The notes beneath the pieces were generated by a model. That model did not search any database, was not told the origin of the DNA, and saw only the letters and a list, made by a program, of their open reading frames with translations. From Macrostomum lignano (Eukaryota), in NCBI GenBank assembly GCA_002269645.1, contig NIVC01000127.1, positions 62,001-126,000 on the forward strand: DNA of 64,000 nucleotides, written 5' to 3'. Shown piece by piece: positions 36,417 through 49,718 of the stretch. How positions within the stretch are numbered: position 1 is the first letter of the stretch; each line of letters begins with the position of its first letter. Both the position numbers and the translations under genes were made by a program.

Positions 36417-39400
36417 TCAAGCCACAGGCGAGGGCAGCTGCGGCGGCACCCGGGGCATGCAGAACCAGGTGGCCAGGCCGGCCAGCACCAAGTCCTCCTG
36501 TACGCAGCGCCAGTGCGGGGCGCCAGGCTCCCGGCTGTACAGGTACACGCATGGCTGCCAGGTGTGATTGTAGTACACTACCTGGCATTTCAGCCGGCGG
36601 CCCGCCAGAAAGCGGCTCTGGATGATGGCGCTAAGCGACTCCAGCTGGGCGTCGGCGCTCTGGTCGGGGCGGAGCAGCGGCGTCACGTAGGCCAGGTGAC
36701 CTTCGACAGCTTGGAATGGCAGGTGCATCATCTCCGTGCTGGAAGGTTGCCAGGGTGAATGGGTTTTGGGAATTGACCGCTTATTGGGATTATTGAAGAA
36801 TTGGGGTTTGAAGGGCTATGTCTAGGGATATTGATGTCTAGAGACTTAGGGGTATTGATATCTAGACTTGGGGATATTGATATCTAGAGACTTGAGGACA
36901 CTGATATCTAGAGACTTGGGGATATTGATATCTATAGACTTGGGGATATTGATATCTAGAGACTTGAGGACACTGATATCTAGAGACTTGGGGATATTGA
37001 TATCTAGAGACTTGGGGATATTGATATCTAGAGACTTGGGGATATTTATATCTAGACTTGGGGATATTTATATCTAGACTTGGGGATTTTGATATCTAGA
37101 GACTTGAGGACACTGATATCTAGAGACGCGAGGACACTGATATCTAGAGACTTGGGGATATTGATATCTATAGACTTGGGGATATTGATATCTAGAGACG
37201 CGAGGACACTGATATCTAGAGACTTGGGGATATTGATATCTAGAGACTTGGGGATATTGATATCTAGAGACTTGGGGATATTGATATCTAGAGACTTGGG
37301 GATATTGATATCTATAGACTTGGGGATATTGATATCTAGAGACGCGAGGACACTGATATCTAGAGACTTGGGGATATTGATATCTAGAGACTTGGGGATA
37401 TTGATATCTAGAGACTTGGGGATATTGATATCTAGAGACTTGGGGATATTGATATCTAGAGACTTGGGGACATTGATATCTAGAGCCAAATCGAACAGCT
37501 CACCGAATCTGCCTGAGCTTTCCCACCGGCATCTGCTCGTAGCCGCCCCAGTCTAAGAACTTCATCAGCACCGAGTCGCTCTCCGGGAACACGTCGGCAA
37601 TGATTGCCCGATGCCAGATGTTCTCGCCGTCGTCGCCAACAGCGGCGCTGGGCGCAACGCAAACTGCGCCGGGATTCACCGGCCGTGGCAGCGGCGGCAC
37701 GGCGGCCGACTGCTGGCCGGAGGAGGCGTAGTGACGCCGGACAGCGCCGTCCATCTTGGCCAGCTGCTGGTAGGTTGGGTGGCCGGGCTGCTGCAGGAAC
37801 AGGGTGGTACCAAAGCAGGCGGCCGACACCACAACATCGACGTGGACAGCGTCCGGGAGGGTTAGCTGGCGAAAAATTGAGTGTAGGAAACAGTAAGATC
37901 GATTTTTATTACCTTGAAGTACTCGTACTCGAGATTTAGAACCTAGAGCTTCCCCCCCCGTAGTTGAGCAGTAAAGCATGGCTATGTATAATTATATATG
38001 GAAGGCACTGCGGACCAGAGGGGGTCACCTGCCCCCCGGCATCAAGATTATTGCCCGACTGCAATGTGGGAGCCATACAGGAGGTCAATGGGGTCACTTG
38101 CCCCCCCCCCTGATATTTGAGATTATTGCCTGGCTGCAATGGGGGAGGCGTACAGGAGGTCAAGGGGGTCACCTGCCCTCTGGCACCTAACCATAGAAAT
38201 GAGCAATTTTTTATTACTAGATAAGCGCAGTGGCTTATTTCAACGGGTCAGACGAGGTTTTCAGGCTGTTGTAACTTTGTAGGAAAGTAAAAACACAAAA
38301 GCGAAATCATTAAGCGTGATTCAGCTTCCTGCCACTGGCAGAACAGTAATTCTAAACTGGAGAGAGAGAGAGAGCAGAGCAAAAGCCCCGTCCACTGACC
38401 CGGCCGTGCGAAAAGTTTAAAAAGCCGATTTCCGGTCATAATCCAGGCCTTAGCCAGCGCATACGCTACCTCTAGTGCGGTAAGGAGGCCGGAGGGGTGA
38501 GTAAGGATAGGAATCGAATTTCAGAGCTTCGTTATGAAATCTATAAACAGCCCTCTATCAAACAATAATTTAGCAGTTTAATTGCTAAGGTGTTACCTGC
38601 CAACCAAAACCCCAATCCAGCCTTAGAGACCCAAAAAGTGTGGACAAGCGGGAGCAGGCAGACAGGTGCCCGGGCGGGCCCAGTCATCAACGAGACTCTT
38701 CTTTGGGGGGGGGGGCACCATGGGAACACGCGGGGCTAGAGACAGGCCGACAACAAAGGGGCCACACCGCCCAGGGCTTTGAGTTCGGTTTGCCCCTAGG
38801 GGGGGGATATCTTGATATCTATGGTATAGGCAGGAGTCGCGCAACTCAAACCATGGGAAAGAGATAAAAGATAAGGCTGTATTATATATATTCATACTCA
38901 TATGAACTGTACATACAGACACAAGAGATTCCGAGTTCAGTAGGCAGAGATTTCGCAAAAAGAATACAAACAAACTGGAACCCCTAGCCCCGCCGCCCAG
39001 CCAGCGTTGACAGGAAGCTAATATAAATGATCTAACCCTGACTAACTAATAAGCAAAATCTCGGTCAACGAAGGCTTTGTCTAGGTGCAAGCAAAAACAG
39101 GCCAGAGCGCGCGCGGAGAGAACACTTCAGAAATCACCTTAATCAACCATGGCGTTCCAAGACCCGGTCTTAGGACTCCATGAAATCTTCTCTGTAATTC
39201 ATAGTTGAGTTGAAGCATCAGGAATTGTACATAATTACTGCTTAAATTTATCAGCTAGCGACTCTGTAACTGTAACTGAACTACTATCAAACCGGGTCGA
39301 TATCATACTACCGAAATTTCGGTCTCTATGAAGGCCGCAAATCAAACCACAGGGCGATGGTCACAGCTACAAATTCATTTTAAGAGAACGAAGAACAGAA

Positions 39401-42281
39401 CAAGAAGCCGAAACCTCGCATTGTAAAACTATTCAGCAGTTACTAACTTTAACTTATACTATTCTGCCCGAATTTTTTTTACAGCAAAAAGACAAGCCGG
39501 TAAAATTCTTTCTTTCTTTTGCTATCTGGGGGCCTTGAAGAGGCAGAAAAATAGACCCCCCCCTGCTGTTCGTGACGAAGCGCGACAGGCCTGCACTTGC
39601 CCCCTCTGCCTATCTTATCTAACCCTCTCCGAACTTTGAAGCTTAAGCGGCATTTCTGTGTCAGTTTTTGAATCGTTCTACAGGCAAAAAAGCCAACAGA
39701 ACAGGCGCGTGTGCGTGCGTAATGGCGCGACTGTGCACACAGTGAGTGCGTCAGTGCGTGCAACCCGGCATTAATGCTAGAAGCCTAACAAAAGATTTGT
39801 GGAGCAGGAGCAGAGACTTGAGGCTCCTGAGCAAACAGACTAGATAACAGACCAACAGTGGAACAGTTTCTCTGTTGCCCGAGAATTTATGAGCTCAACT
39901 TCACCTGTCCTCGCTATCAGTAAGCCATATCTTGAAACCTTTGCACAGAGTCAAAGTCTAAAATTACCGTCCGATATTTCGCTTATCTCAGATATTGAAT
40001 CACCGCTTTAGCTTCTTTTTATCATTCATAAACAAAAATCTTTATCAAACTACTCTTCGACTTGGTTCCGTTGAATGCGGGGCACCCACCCTGTCTCATA
40101 TCTAAGGTAGGGGGGTTGGCAGTGATAATAAATCAAATGCGCCGCTTCAATAAGCAGCCAGAGGGGGCCACTGTTCAGTTTATGACAAGCTGCACATAGA
40201 AGGTCAAAGCCCGCATTAACTTAGGCGGGGGGACCAGTTAATTACATTCCGACACCTGGACTGGGTCTCTGTTTTAACTAGTTCGTTTGGAACTTAAAAT
40301 AAATAACAGAGCGTCAGGGTAGGAGGCAGTGCGCTTTAAACAAGCCGCCCCCCCCCTGCCACCTCCTACACTTTTGATCGGGCTGACTGGCGCCACAGTT
40401 CTCTAGGCACCAGGATTGCCTGCCTGCCTGCCTGCACCCTGCCGCGCATGAACGGGCGGCACAGAACTTTTCCGTCATGGGAAAATACAGCTAGATAAAC
40501 ATCTATAATAGCATGGAAAACTCTGACAGCGCTTTGGGTGTGCTACTTTGGCAGGATTGTATTGGGTCTCAGGGCGGAATTTACTACTTTTTCCTTAGAA
40601 TTGCGGATAACCTATTCAACTATTTGGCTTTGTGCAAGTCGGCCCACTCTGAGGGCCTGGGAGGGCGGGCCAGTCTGAGGATCTGGGAAAATAGCGGTGG
40701 TCTGAGGACTTGCGTGGCTCAGCAACTGAGGATCTTGGAGTGGGAGGCTGACCCAGCAACTGAGGATCTGGGTAGGTGACCCAGCAACTGAGGATCTGGG
40801 TAGGTGACCCAGCAACTGAGGATCTGGGTAGGTGACCCAGCAACTGAGGATCTGGGAGGGTGGCTCAGCAACTGAGGATCTGGGAGGGTGGCTCAGCAAC
40901 TGAGGATCTGGGTAGGTGACCCAGCAACTGAGGATCTGGGTAGGTGACCCAGCAACTGAGGATCTGGGTAGGTGACCCAGCAACTGAGGATCTGGGTAGG
41001 TGACCCAGCAACTGAGGATCTGGGTAGGTGACCCAGCAACTGAGGATCTGGGTAGGTGACCCAGCAACTGAGGATCTGGGTAGGTGACCCAGCAACTGAG
41101 GATCTGGGTAGGTGACCCAGCAACTGAGGATCTGGGTAGGTGACCCAGCAACTGAGGATCTGGGTAGGTGACCCAGCAACTGAGGATCTGGGAGGGTGGC
41201 TCAGCAACTGAGGATCTGGGAGGGTGGCTCAGCAACTGAGGATCTATGAGGGTGGCTCAGCAACTGAGGATCTGGGAGGGTGGCTCAGCAACTGAGGATC
41301 TGGGAGGGTGACCCAGCAACTGAGGATCTGAGAGGGTGGTTCAGCAACTGAGGATCTATGAGGGTGGCTCAGCAACTGAGGATCTGGGAGGATGGCACTG
41401 TCTAAACTAAACAAGCTATAAACGCGCAGCATCTGAGAATGGATAGGGTTACATATTGATGATGGAAAAATCATAATTCTTAAGGAAATCTACAGCTATC
41501 ATCTTTTTCTAAAAAGCAACAAACCAAACTATAAACTAACCTGGCACATGGTGGGCTGCAGGGCTGGATTGCGGTGAATTGGCACGGCAGTGTTGATTGG
41601 CTTCACGTCGAGCTCGGGGAATCGCTTCTTAATCACCTGCAGAGCGCACTTGACGCATTCCACTGGTCCTGCGAATGGGTTTGGTGGTAATAAATTTAAT
41701 AAACTGCTTGAAAATTATTAGAAACGAACACACGAAACATAATTAACACTCAAGCACAACAGACCCTTACCTCGAACATTAACAACTTGAGTTTTCTTAT
41801 CGAAGAAATTGCGGCTGATCCACACAGAGGCGCCGGACTTGGCCCGGATGTAGTTAATATTACGGCCTCGGGTGCCAACCATGGAGCCGCCCAGCCTGTT
41901 GGGGATGAGGAACTGGTGCACTACATCATTCTCATCCCCCGGAACTGGGGAGACACCGCGGACTGGCAGAGACGAGTCGCACTTGTCAGTTGACTTTTTA
42001 GCTTCACCGCTGACAGCAGTGGCGGCGGCAGCTGTGGCACAGGGACTACGAGGGTCAGTGTCCACACTGGAAGGCCTGCCGCTGTCATCAGCATCTGACT
42101 CCGACTTGGCCTGATTGCCAATTGATTTATTACTGTCCCCACTGCTGCGTCGACAGTCAATGCGCAGCTTATTGCTGTTATTAGCCTTTCCATCAGAGCT
42201 ATAGTTCTTGTTCTCCAATGATTGGTCATTGTTGTTCTCACTCTGCTGAACTGCTGTGCTTAATGACTGCTGCTCAGACAT
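36417..42281 (-). CDS. AKAP1: AKAP1/spoonbill-like KH + Tudor domain RNA-binding protein
   Basis: Exons about 42281-41771 (KH: HQFLIPNRLGGSMVGTRGRNINYIR..), 41668-41541 (GPVECVKCALQVIKKRF..), 37865-37504 (LTLPDAVHVDV..QQPGHPTYQQL..WHRA..FLDWGG..KLRQIR) and 36738-36417 (TEMMHLPFQAVE..). Phases are consistent and motif order matches AKAP1. The N-terminal exon(s) were not located. Confidence 0.88.
36815..37485. repeat. 24-bp minisatellite (gatatctagagacttggggatatt)n in the last AKAP1-like intron
   Basis: Direct periodicity. Confidence 0.96.
38030..38185. repeat. About 67-bp imperfect repeat, about 2.3 copies (ggggtcacctgccccc..attattgcc..ctgcaatg..caggaggtcaa)
   Basis: Direct comparison of the units. 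Confidence 0.7.
40715..41395. repeat. 28-bp minisatellite (cagcaactgaggatctgggtaggtgacc)n in an AKAP1-like intron
   Basis: Direct periodicity, about 24 copies, two variant blocks. Confidence 0.96.
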
Positions 42282-44869
42282 TGCTATAACTTGAAATGGG
42301 ATGATTTAAGTCCAATAAAAGCTTTGATTTGAAGCCTGTTGTGTCAAGGTTCAGTTGTGCACTTTAGAAGTATTTGTTGTTGCTGCAATAGAGCAATATT
42401 GCTTGCTGGCTTGCATGCAAAAAACAAATAATTTATCAAAATTAAAAAAATATAATATTATCTAATCTAATATAATCTAGTTATGGTTATTGTAAAAAGC
42501 CTGAAGTGACTAATTAGAAGAAATTAAACTTAAGTTAGAGGTAAATGTGAAAAATAATTAGCTATGTCTTTTAAAAAGGACCAAAAAAGATAAAATTAGA
42601 AAACAAAAAAGAATTAGAGCACTGTCTATCTAGGTTTTTTGAGCAGTGTGTGTAATATATATTATGCACCCTAAGTTTTGAAATTACACCCTAAAATTGA
42701 AAAAGTGGGTGTGGTTTAGTTTAGGTGTGGTCTCATTACCTATTTTTCCTTTTAAGCCTTATTTGCACTGCCTTAACATAAGAAAAAAGAGAAATTGTAC
42801 TTTGAGCCTAAAGTTGCACCTTGAAATTAGGCATAGAGTACAATTTTCTACCTTGTCTTAGGAAAAAAACCAGCTGTCTATAAATTTGTTTTTCATATAA
42901 TAGCTTGATATAACTTTAAGCTATTATCTCATATTGTCATTGTGTCAACTTGCTTGCCTTTTTTATAGATTATAAATATATATATAATTTAAATAATTAT
43001 TCATGTTATTTTTACAATACCAAAATCTAAAAATCCTTTATAATTTATAATATTAATTAATCCAATAACTAATAACTAACTACTAATAACTAATATTATT
43101 TATATCAGGCATAATTATAATATTAGCCTAATAGAATATTGATATATATAAAATTTGCTTATTGAAGTATTTTTAAAATGTCTAGGCCTAGTTAACAAAT
43201 AATGTCAATACAAAAAATAATAGAAAGACTAGGGCCTAGGTTTAAAATTAGGCTTTGCAATAATCAGATAGCTTATACTAAAAATGAAAACTTAACTTAA
43301 CATAATACAGAAATAAGATTAAACAAGTAAAAAATCTCCTAAAATTAAAATAACTAAGTTGAAATACTATATTAGTTACAGTTGCAAATCTACAATTTTT
43401 TTTAACAGGGAGGTGCAGACTAGGCCCTACTACTAGGCCTAAAGTGCATGTTTATACACATATTATATTATGTACATGTATATATACCTAATTGTATTTT
43501 CCATATAAAAAATAAAAAATCTAACTGTACAAAAGGCAGTTAAAGGCACCCTCTCTAAATCTGCTACTGATTGGTTAAAAAAACCTTTAAACTATACTTT
43601 ATTCAAGAAATATGTAGGAAATAAATGGAGGAATATGAAAGAAAATAAAGGGAAATACTGTTTAGATTAGGCTACTACAGTGTCGGGCAAGGGGTTAGTA
43701 AGGAAGCACCTTAACGCTTGAGGTTTATGAACTAGTGATTTAGGATTATTTTAGCCTTATTATATATGAATGGTTATAATTTTTAACTGCAATATAATAG
43801 CCATAGCCCAGAGGACTGAAAAGGTTGGGCAAGCTAAGCTTGGACAACAGTAGGCTAAAATAAAATACCTGCTGCTGTGTATATATAATTTAAAAAAAGA
43901 AACAAGTGACATGTCGCAAGCAAGTCCAAAAGTGCTCGTCTGTTAGAGAATGAACACGTTTCATAGTTCATACATAAGGTGTTTTTAAAGCGTGCAGGCC
44001 ACATGACGATGCATGCAACCAATCACAGAATGAAAGAAATGTCATTGGCCAAAGCTTGTAAGAATTTTCGTCGGTTTGTCGACGAAACATTTCATTAGAG
44101 AGTCTCAAGCGTAATGTATAAACATTTTTGCGTTTCGTTATTTTACGTGATATATTGAATCTAAAATTCCAGGCATTTTTTGCACTCTAGAGAACTTCAC
44201 TTACCCGTAGTCATAAGAAACTAAGAATTTCTAGAATACATGTAGATGGACACTAAACTAGGAAATAAAGAAAATAGTTCATCCAAAATTGTCAAATCCA
44301 GATCAGAGTTCCAAGAATGTAAATAACTTTTTTATAATTTTCTGCAAAGATAGAGGAATCTGGCTAGTTAGAGTCCAATTCTTTTTATCGCTTTATTGAT
44401 AGTTTAATTTATTTTTTTTAAATAAGACTAAGCTTTTCACTTAAGGTTTACATGTACTCAAGGACCACTGAATTCACTTCGTCAAACTTCTTTTTGTATC
44501 GTTGCATGTACATTGCACATAAAATGCACGCTTGTGAATTCGATGCATACATGTACAAACTTCATGGTACAGAATTAGTTACTCGTAGTTTTGAAATATT
44601 ATAAAAGCTTGTTGGCATACACTAATCTTCCTTCGCCATGTCAGTTGACTATATATAGTCTAGAAAGTCCCTTGACTGCACCCTGCAGTCGCGGGCCGCC
44701 TATTTATTTGGACCCTCTGCAAGCCTGATTTCGTGCTAGGGGCTCGTCCATTTTACGGCAACTCACAGCCGCTTGCGTAAAACATATGTGTATTTATACA
44801 ATTGCGCTCTTTTGCGTACATGTAATTACACCTACTATATTGTTTCTCTGCACAGCACATCTTCAATAC

Positions 44870-45130
44870 GTACATGTGTATATGCACTCTACCGCTGTAT
44901 GCACATCTAAAATATATACTCTACCGCTGCATGCACATCTACAATATGTATATACTCTACCGCTGCTGCACTATCATCTACACTATGTACTCTACCGCTG
45001 CATGCACATCTACAATATGTATACTGTAGTCTACCGCAGCTGCAAATCTACAATATATGTAACTCTACCACTGCACATCTACAATTTGTACTCTACCGCT
45101 GCATATCCACAATACATGTACAGTATGTAC
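44870..45130. repeat. Degenerate repeat (core actctaccgctgcatgcacatctacaatatgt)
   Basis: The core recurs about 6-7 times. Confidence 0.75.
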
Positions 45131-45221
45131 TCTAAAGTTGCACGATCTACGTTGCATCATTACCGACTAGCACAGTGTCGTGGACGTGTACATACTCTGT
45201 ATGAAGACGGGAGCTGCACGA

Positions 45222-45330
45222 GAATTGCCCGCAGGAGATTTTCCCGCAGGAGGTTTGCCCGCAGGAGATTTGCCCGCAGGAGATTTGCCCGCAGGAGGTT
45301 TGCCCGCAGGAGATTTGCCCGCAGGAGGTT
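45222..45330. repeat. 15-bp repeat, about 7 copies (ttgcccgcaggagat)
   Basis: Direct periodicity. Confidence 0.92.
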
Positions 45331-45537
45331 AAGAAGCCATATCTCAGCTACACGTAAATCTGATTTTAAAGGGCTTTTCAATAATATGAAAATAATAATG
45401 ACAGAATAGAATATTTTACAAACAAGAAACTGACACTGAGCTCTGAATTCGAGTGTGATGTACGGGCTGACGCAATAGACGTGCTTTAACATCACTTGAT
45501 TGTGATGTAACCTGGGGAATGATAGCTTACAGAGCTA

Positions 45538-46790
45538 TAGATAAAGCTTCCCTCGGCTAGATAAAGCTTCCCTCGGCTAGATAAAGCTTCTCTCGGCTAG
45601 ATAAAGCTTCCATCGGCTAGATAAAGCTTCCCTCGGCTAGATAAAGCTTCCATCGGCTAGATAAAGCTTCCCTCGGCTAGATAAAGCTTCTCTCGGCTAG
45701 ATAAAGCTTCCATCGGCTAGATAAAGCTTCCCTCGGCTAGATAAAGCTTCCATCGGCTAGATAAAGCTTCCCTCGGCTAGATAAAGCTTCCCTCGGCTAG
45801 ATAAAGCTTCCATCGGCTAGATAAAGCTTCCCTCGGCTAGATAAAGCTTCCCTCGGCTAGATAAAGCTTCCCTCGGCTAGATAAAGCTTCTCTCGGCTAG
45901 ATAAAGCTTCCCTCGGCTAGATAAAGCTTCCCTCGGCTAGATAAAGCTTCCCTCGGCTAGATAAAGCTTCCCTCGGCTAGATAAAGCTTCCATCGGCTAG
46001 ATAAAGCTTCTCTCGGCTAGATAAAGCTTCCATCGGCTAGATAAAGCTTCCCTCGGCTAGATAAAGCTTCCATCGGCTAGATAAAGCTTCCCTCGGCTAG
46101 ATAAAGCTTCCCTCGGCTAGATAAAGCTTCCCTCGGCTAGATAAAGCTTCTCTCGGCTAGATAAAGCTTCCCTCGGCTAGATAAAGCTTCCCTCGGCTAG
46201 ATAAAGCTTCCCTCGGCTAGATAAAGCTTCCCTCGGCTAGATAAAGCTTCCATCGGCTAGATAAAGCTTCTCTCGGCTAGATAAAGCTTCCCTCGGCTAG
46301 ATAAAGCTTCCCTCGGCTAGATAAAGCTTCCATCGGCTAGATAAAGCTTCCATCGGCTAGATAAAGCTTCCCTCGGCTAGATAAAGCTTCCCTCGGCTAG
46401 ATAAAGCTTCCATCGGCTAGATAAAGCTTCCATCGGCTAGATAAAGCTTCCCTCGGCTAGATAAAGCTTCCATCGGCTAGATAAAGCTTCTCTCGGCTAG
46501 ATAAAGCTTCCCTCGGCTAGATAAAGCTTCCCTCGGCTAGATAAAGCTTCCATCGGCTAGATAAAGCTTCTCTCGGCTAGATAAAGCTTCCATCGGCTAG
46601 ATAAAGCTTTCCTCGGCTAGATAAAGCTTCCCTCGGCTAGATAAAGCTTCCCTCGGCTAGATAAAGCTTCCATCGGCTAGATAAAGCTTCCCTCGGCTAG
46701 ATAAAGCTTCCCTCGGCTAGATAAAGCTTCCCTCGGCTAGATAAAGCTTCCATCGGCTAGATAAAGCTTCTCTCGGCTAGATAAAGCTAG
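45538..46790. repeat. 20-bp minisatellite (agataaagcttccctcggct)n, about 62 copies
   Basis: Direct periodicity, length-invariant units with three sequence variants. Confidence 0.98.
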
Positions 46791-47894
46791 CTCGAGGTAC
46801 TGATACTACCACGGTAGAAGAAGATCAGACCTCTTCCAGGGGCACCCGCCCTAGATGGAGAATTACAGGGTAGCTTGGGTTGTGGTCCGATAGCAAGGTC
46901 TCATTGTTCTTATCCCAACTACGGCCAAGGAGTTTTGAAGGTAGAAACTGCTTAAAGTACATGTAGTTCTGCCACCACCCCATGATGGGCATCTAAAGGG
47001 TTATGATTTTCACCTGACAAGTATCTCAGCCGCAAAGCTCAGAATGAGTAACTAGTAATTGAATTATTGCAAAGCGGGATCGGGATCCCGATGGTAAATC
47101 CCGGGATTTTCGAATCCCGGACAATAAGTACTGATCTCGGGATTCAGAATCCCGGGATTTAGGCCTAATCCCAGGATCCCGGGATCACGGGACTGTATTC
47201 CCTACTGTAAAGTGAAGGGTTCATTTTAATATTTACATATTATTAGTTATAATTATTATTAGTGGCCTAAGTGTACCTTTTGTGACCAATTTACAGCTTG
47301 AAACATTGAACATGCCATAATAAAATTATTCAACAATATCTGCTACACTCTACTATCAGTAACTGAATACGTATAGTTTCTCACGAAGGTTGAGCACAAC
47401 AATTAAAATAAAGTTTAGCACACACACAATCAATTAAGCCCCTCGGGCTCTGAAAATATCCCACGCTAATGGATATTCCCGAGCCGCAGTATAGAGTATA
47501 TAGAGTGCTGACAAATCTACCAAATAAAACCCAACAGTCTGCATAGTGTTTGCATAGAAAAAACCAGATAAAAGGCCATCGCTGCACAATAATGCGCTTT
47601 CTACTGCAAATAAGCGTGGACAGCTTCTCATTTTACACTTGAGCTAGTCAGAATTTCGTGAAAAATTTTGTGTTGATTTAGATGTTTTTTTAGTATTGCC
47701 TGTCTGCTGTGATAGCGAGTCTGGCAGCTTTCAGTAGCCATGCAATTTTAAGAGTACGCTGTTGGACGCATTGTACCTCTCCAGGTCCAGTGTCCTTAGC
47801 CAGTCTAGTGTGTAGGAGGCTTAAGTTGTTGGCCTACACACACATGGGGCTCACTTTCGCGTCGCGGGCGATAGTTCAGGCTCCGCGACATTTG

Positions 47895-48955
47895 TCTGCC
47901 AAGCAGTTTGACTGCCCCAATTTGACTGCCCAATTTGACTGCCCCAATTTGACTACCCCAATTTGACTGCCCCAATTTGACTGCCAAGCAGTTTGAATGC
48001 CCAATTTGACTGCCCAATTTGACTACCCCAATTTGACTGCCCCAATTTGACTGCCCCAATTTGACTGCCAAGCAATTTAACTGCCAAGCAGTTTGAATGC
48101 CCAATTTGACTGCCCAATTTGACTACCCCAATTTGACTGCCCCAATTTGACTGCCCAATTTGACTGCCCAATTTGACTGCCCCAATTTGACTACCCCAAT
48201 TTGACTGCCCCAATTTGACTGCCCCAATTTGACTACCCCAATTTGACTGCCCCAATTTGACTGCCAAGCAATTTAACTGCCAAGCAGTTTGAATGCCCAA
48301 TTTGACTGCCCAAATTGACTACCCCAATTTGACTGCCCAATTTGACTGCCCAATTTGACTGCCCCAATTTGACTACCCCAATTTGACTGCCCCAATTTGA
48401 CTGCCCCAATTTGACTACCCCAATTTGACTGCCCCAATTTGACTGCCAAGCAATTTAACTGCCAAGCAGTTTGAATGCCCAATTTGACTGCCCAATTTGA
48501 CTACCCCAATTTGACTGCCCAATTTGACTGCCCCAATTTGACTACCCCAATTTGACTGCCCAATTTGACTGCCCCAATTTGACTACCCCAATTTGACTGC
48601 CCCAATTTGACTGCCAAGCAATTTAACTGCCAAGCAGTTTGAATGCCCAATTTGACTGCCCAATTTGACTACCCCAATTTGACTGCCCCAATTTGACTGC
48701 CCCAATTTGACTGCCCCAATTTGACTGCCCCAATTTGACTGCCCCAATTTGACTGCCCCAATTTGACTGCCCCAATTTGACTGTCCCAATTTGACTACCC
48801 CAATTTGACTGCCCCAATTTGACTGCCCCAATTTGACTGCCCCAGTTTGACTGCCCCAATTTGACTGCCCCAATTTGACTGCCCCAATTTGACTGCCAAG
48901 CAGTTTGAATGCCCAATTTGACTGTCAAGCAGTTTGACTGCCCCAATTTGACTGC
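47895..48955. repeat. 13/14-bp minisatellite (aatttgactgcccc)n, copy 1
   Basis: Direct periodicity with a recurring aagcaatttaactgccaagcagtttgaatgccc higher-order marker. Confidence 0.96.
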
Positions 48956-49189
48956 AAACAATAACCCTAAGCTTAACGCTAACCTAAACCCTAACCATCA
49001 CCTATAACCCTATCCTTAACACTATCCTTAATCCTGACCAAAACCCTACCATAAACCCACTGACGCAATGAATCATGCATATGTCAGCTCCACTCGAAAT
49101 ATTCGATAAAGATAAAGTAAATGTATAGCCACGATAAACTACTAGAAATTGTGTAAATTAAACTTTTTTGATTAAACGATTAATTTATA

Positions 49190-49440
49190 ATTCAACAGAA
49201 AAGTGCAGATAAGAGGTTACACGTACACATGTACATATCGAAGCGCAATTTCTAATTCAACAGAAAAGTGCAGATAAGAGGTTACACGTACACATGTACA
49301 TATCGAAGCGCAATTTCTAATTCAACAGAAAAGTGCAGATAAGAGGTTACACGCACACATGTACATATCGAAGCGCAATTTCTAATTCAACAGAAAAGTG
49401 CAGATAAGAGGTTACACGCACACATGTACATATCGAAGCG
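49190..49440. repeat. 65-bp repeat, about 4 copies (duplicated at about 50975-51225)
   Basis: ttcaacagaa recurs at 49191, 49256 and onward. Confidence 0.93.
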
Positions 49441-49718
49441 CGCACACGAGCGTATTTACCTGAAAAGTAGAATTATTCATTTAGCAGCCCTAGTCATTAA
49501 AAAATTAGCCATAAACATTAGAACTGCATCAGTCTGGGTCTCGGAACCGACTTTATAAGCTGTATAAGCTACCAAAAAAACAAGTGCAATACATGTAACT
49601 TAAAAGATGCTTTCTAACGGATTAAGTAATAAGAATTTCTAAACAAATTACTAAGATTAAGAAACAAAATAAGCTTTCTGCAGCGCAGCACAGCTTTTTC
49701 TTCTCTACGAGCATTTAA

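Noticed and set aside
38200-40700. Unique 2.5 kb inside the AKAP1-like intron as a nested gene or TE
   Set aside because: No ORF with recognisable motifs and no terminal repeats found by eye.
44786-45409. 207-aa ORF with RRRFA repeats
   Set aside because: It is composed of two tandem repeats in AT-rich DNA.
48960-49040. True telomere or chromosome end
   Set aside because: The tract is short, highly degenerate, internal and duplicated.
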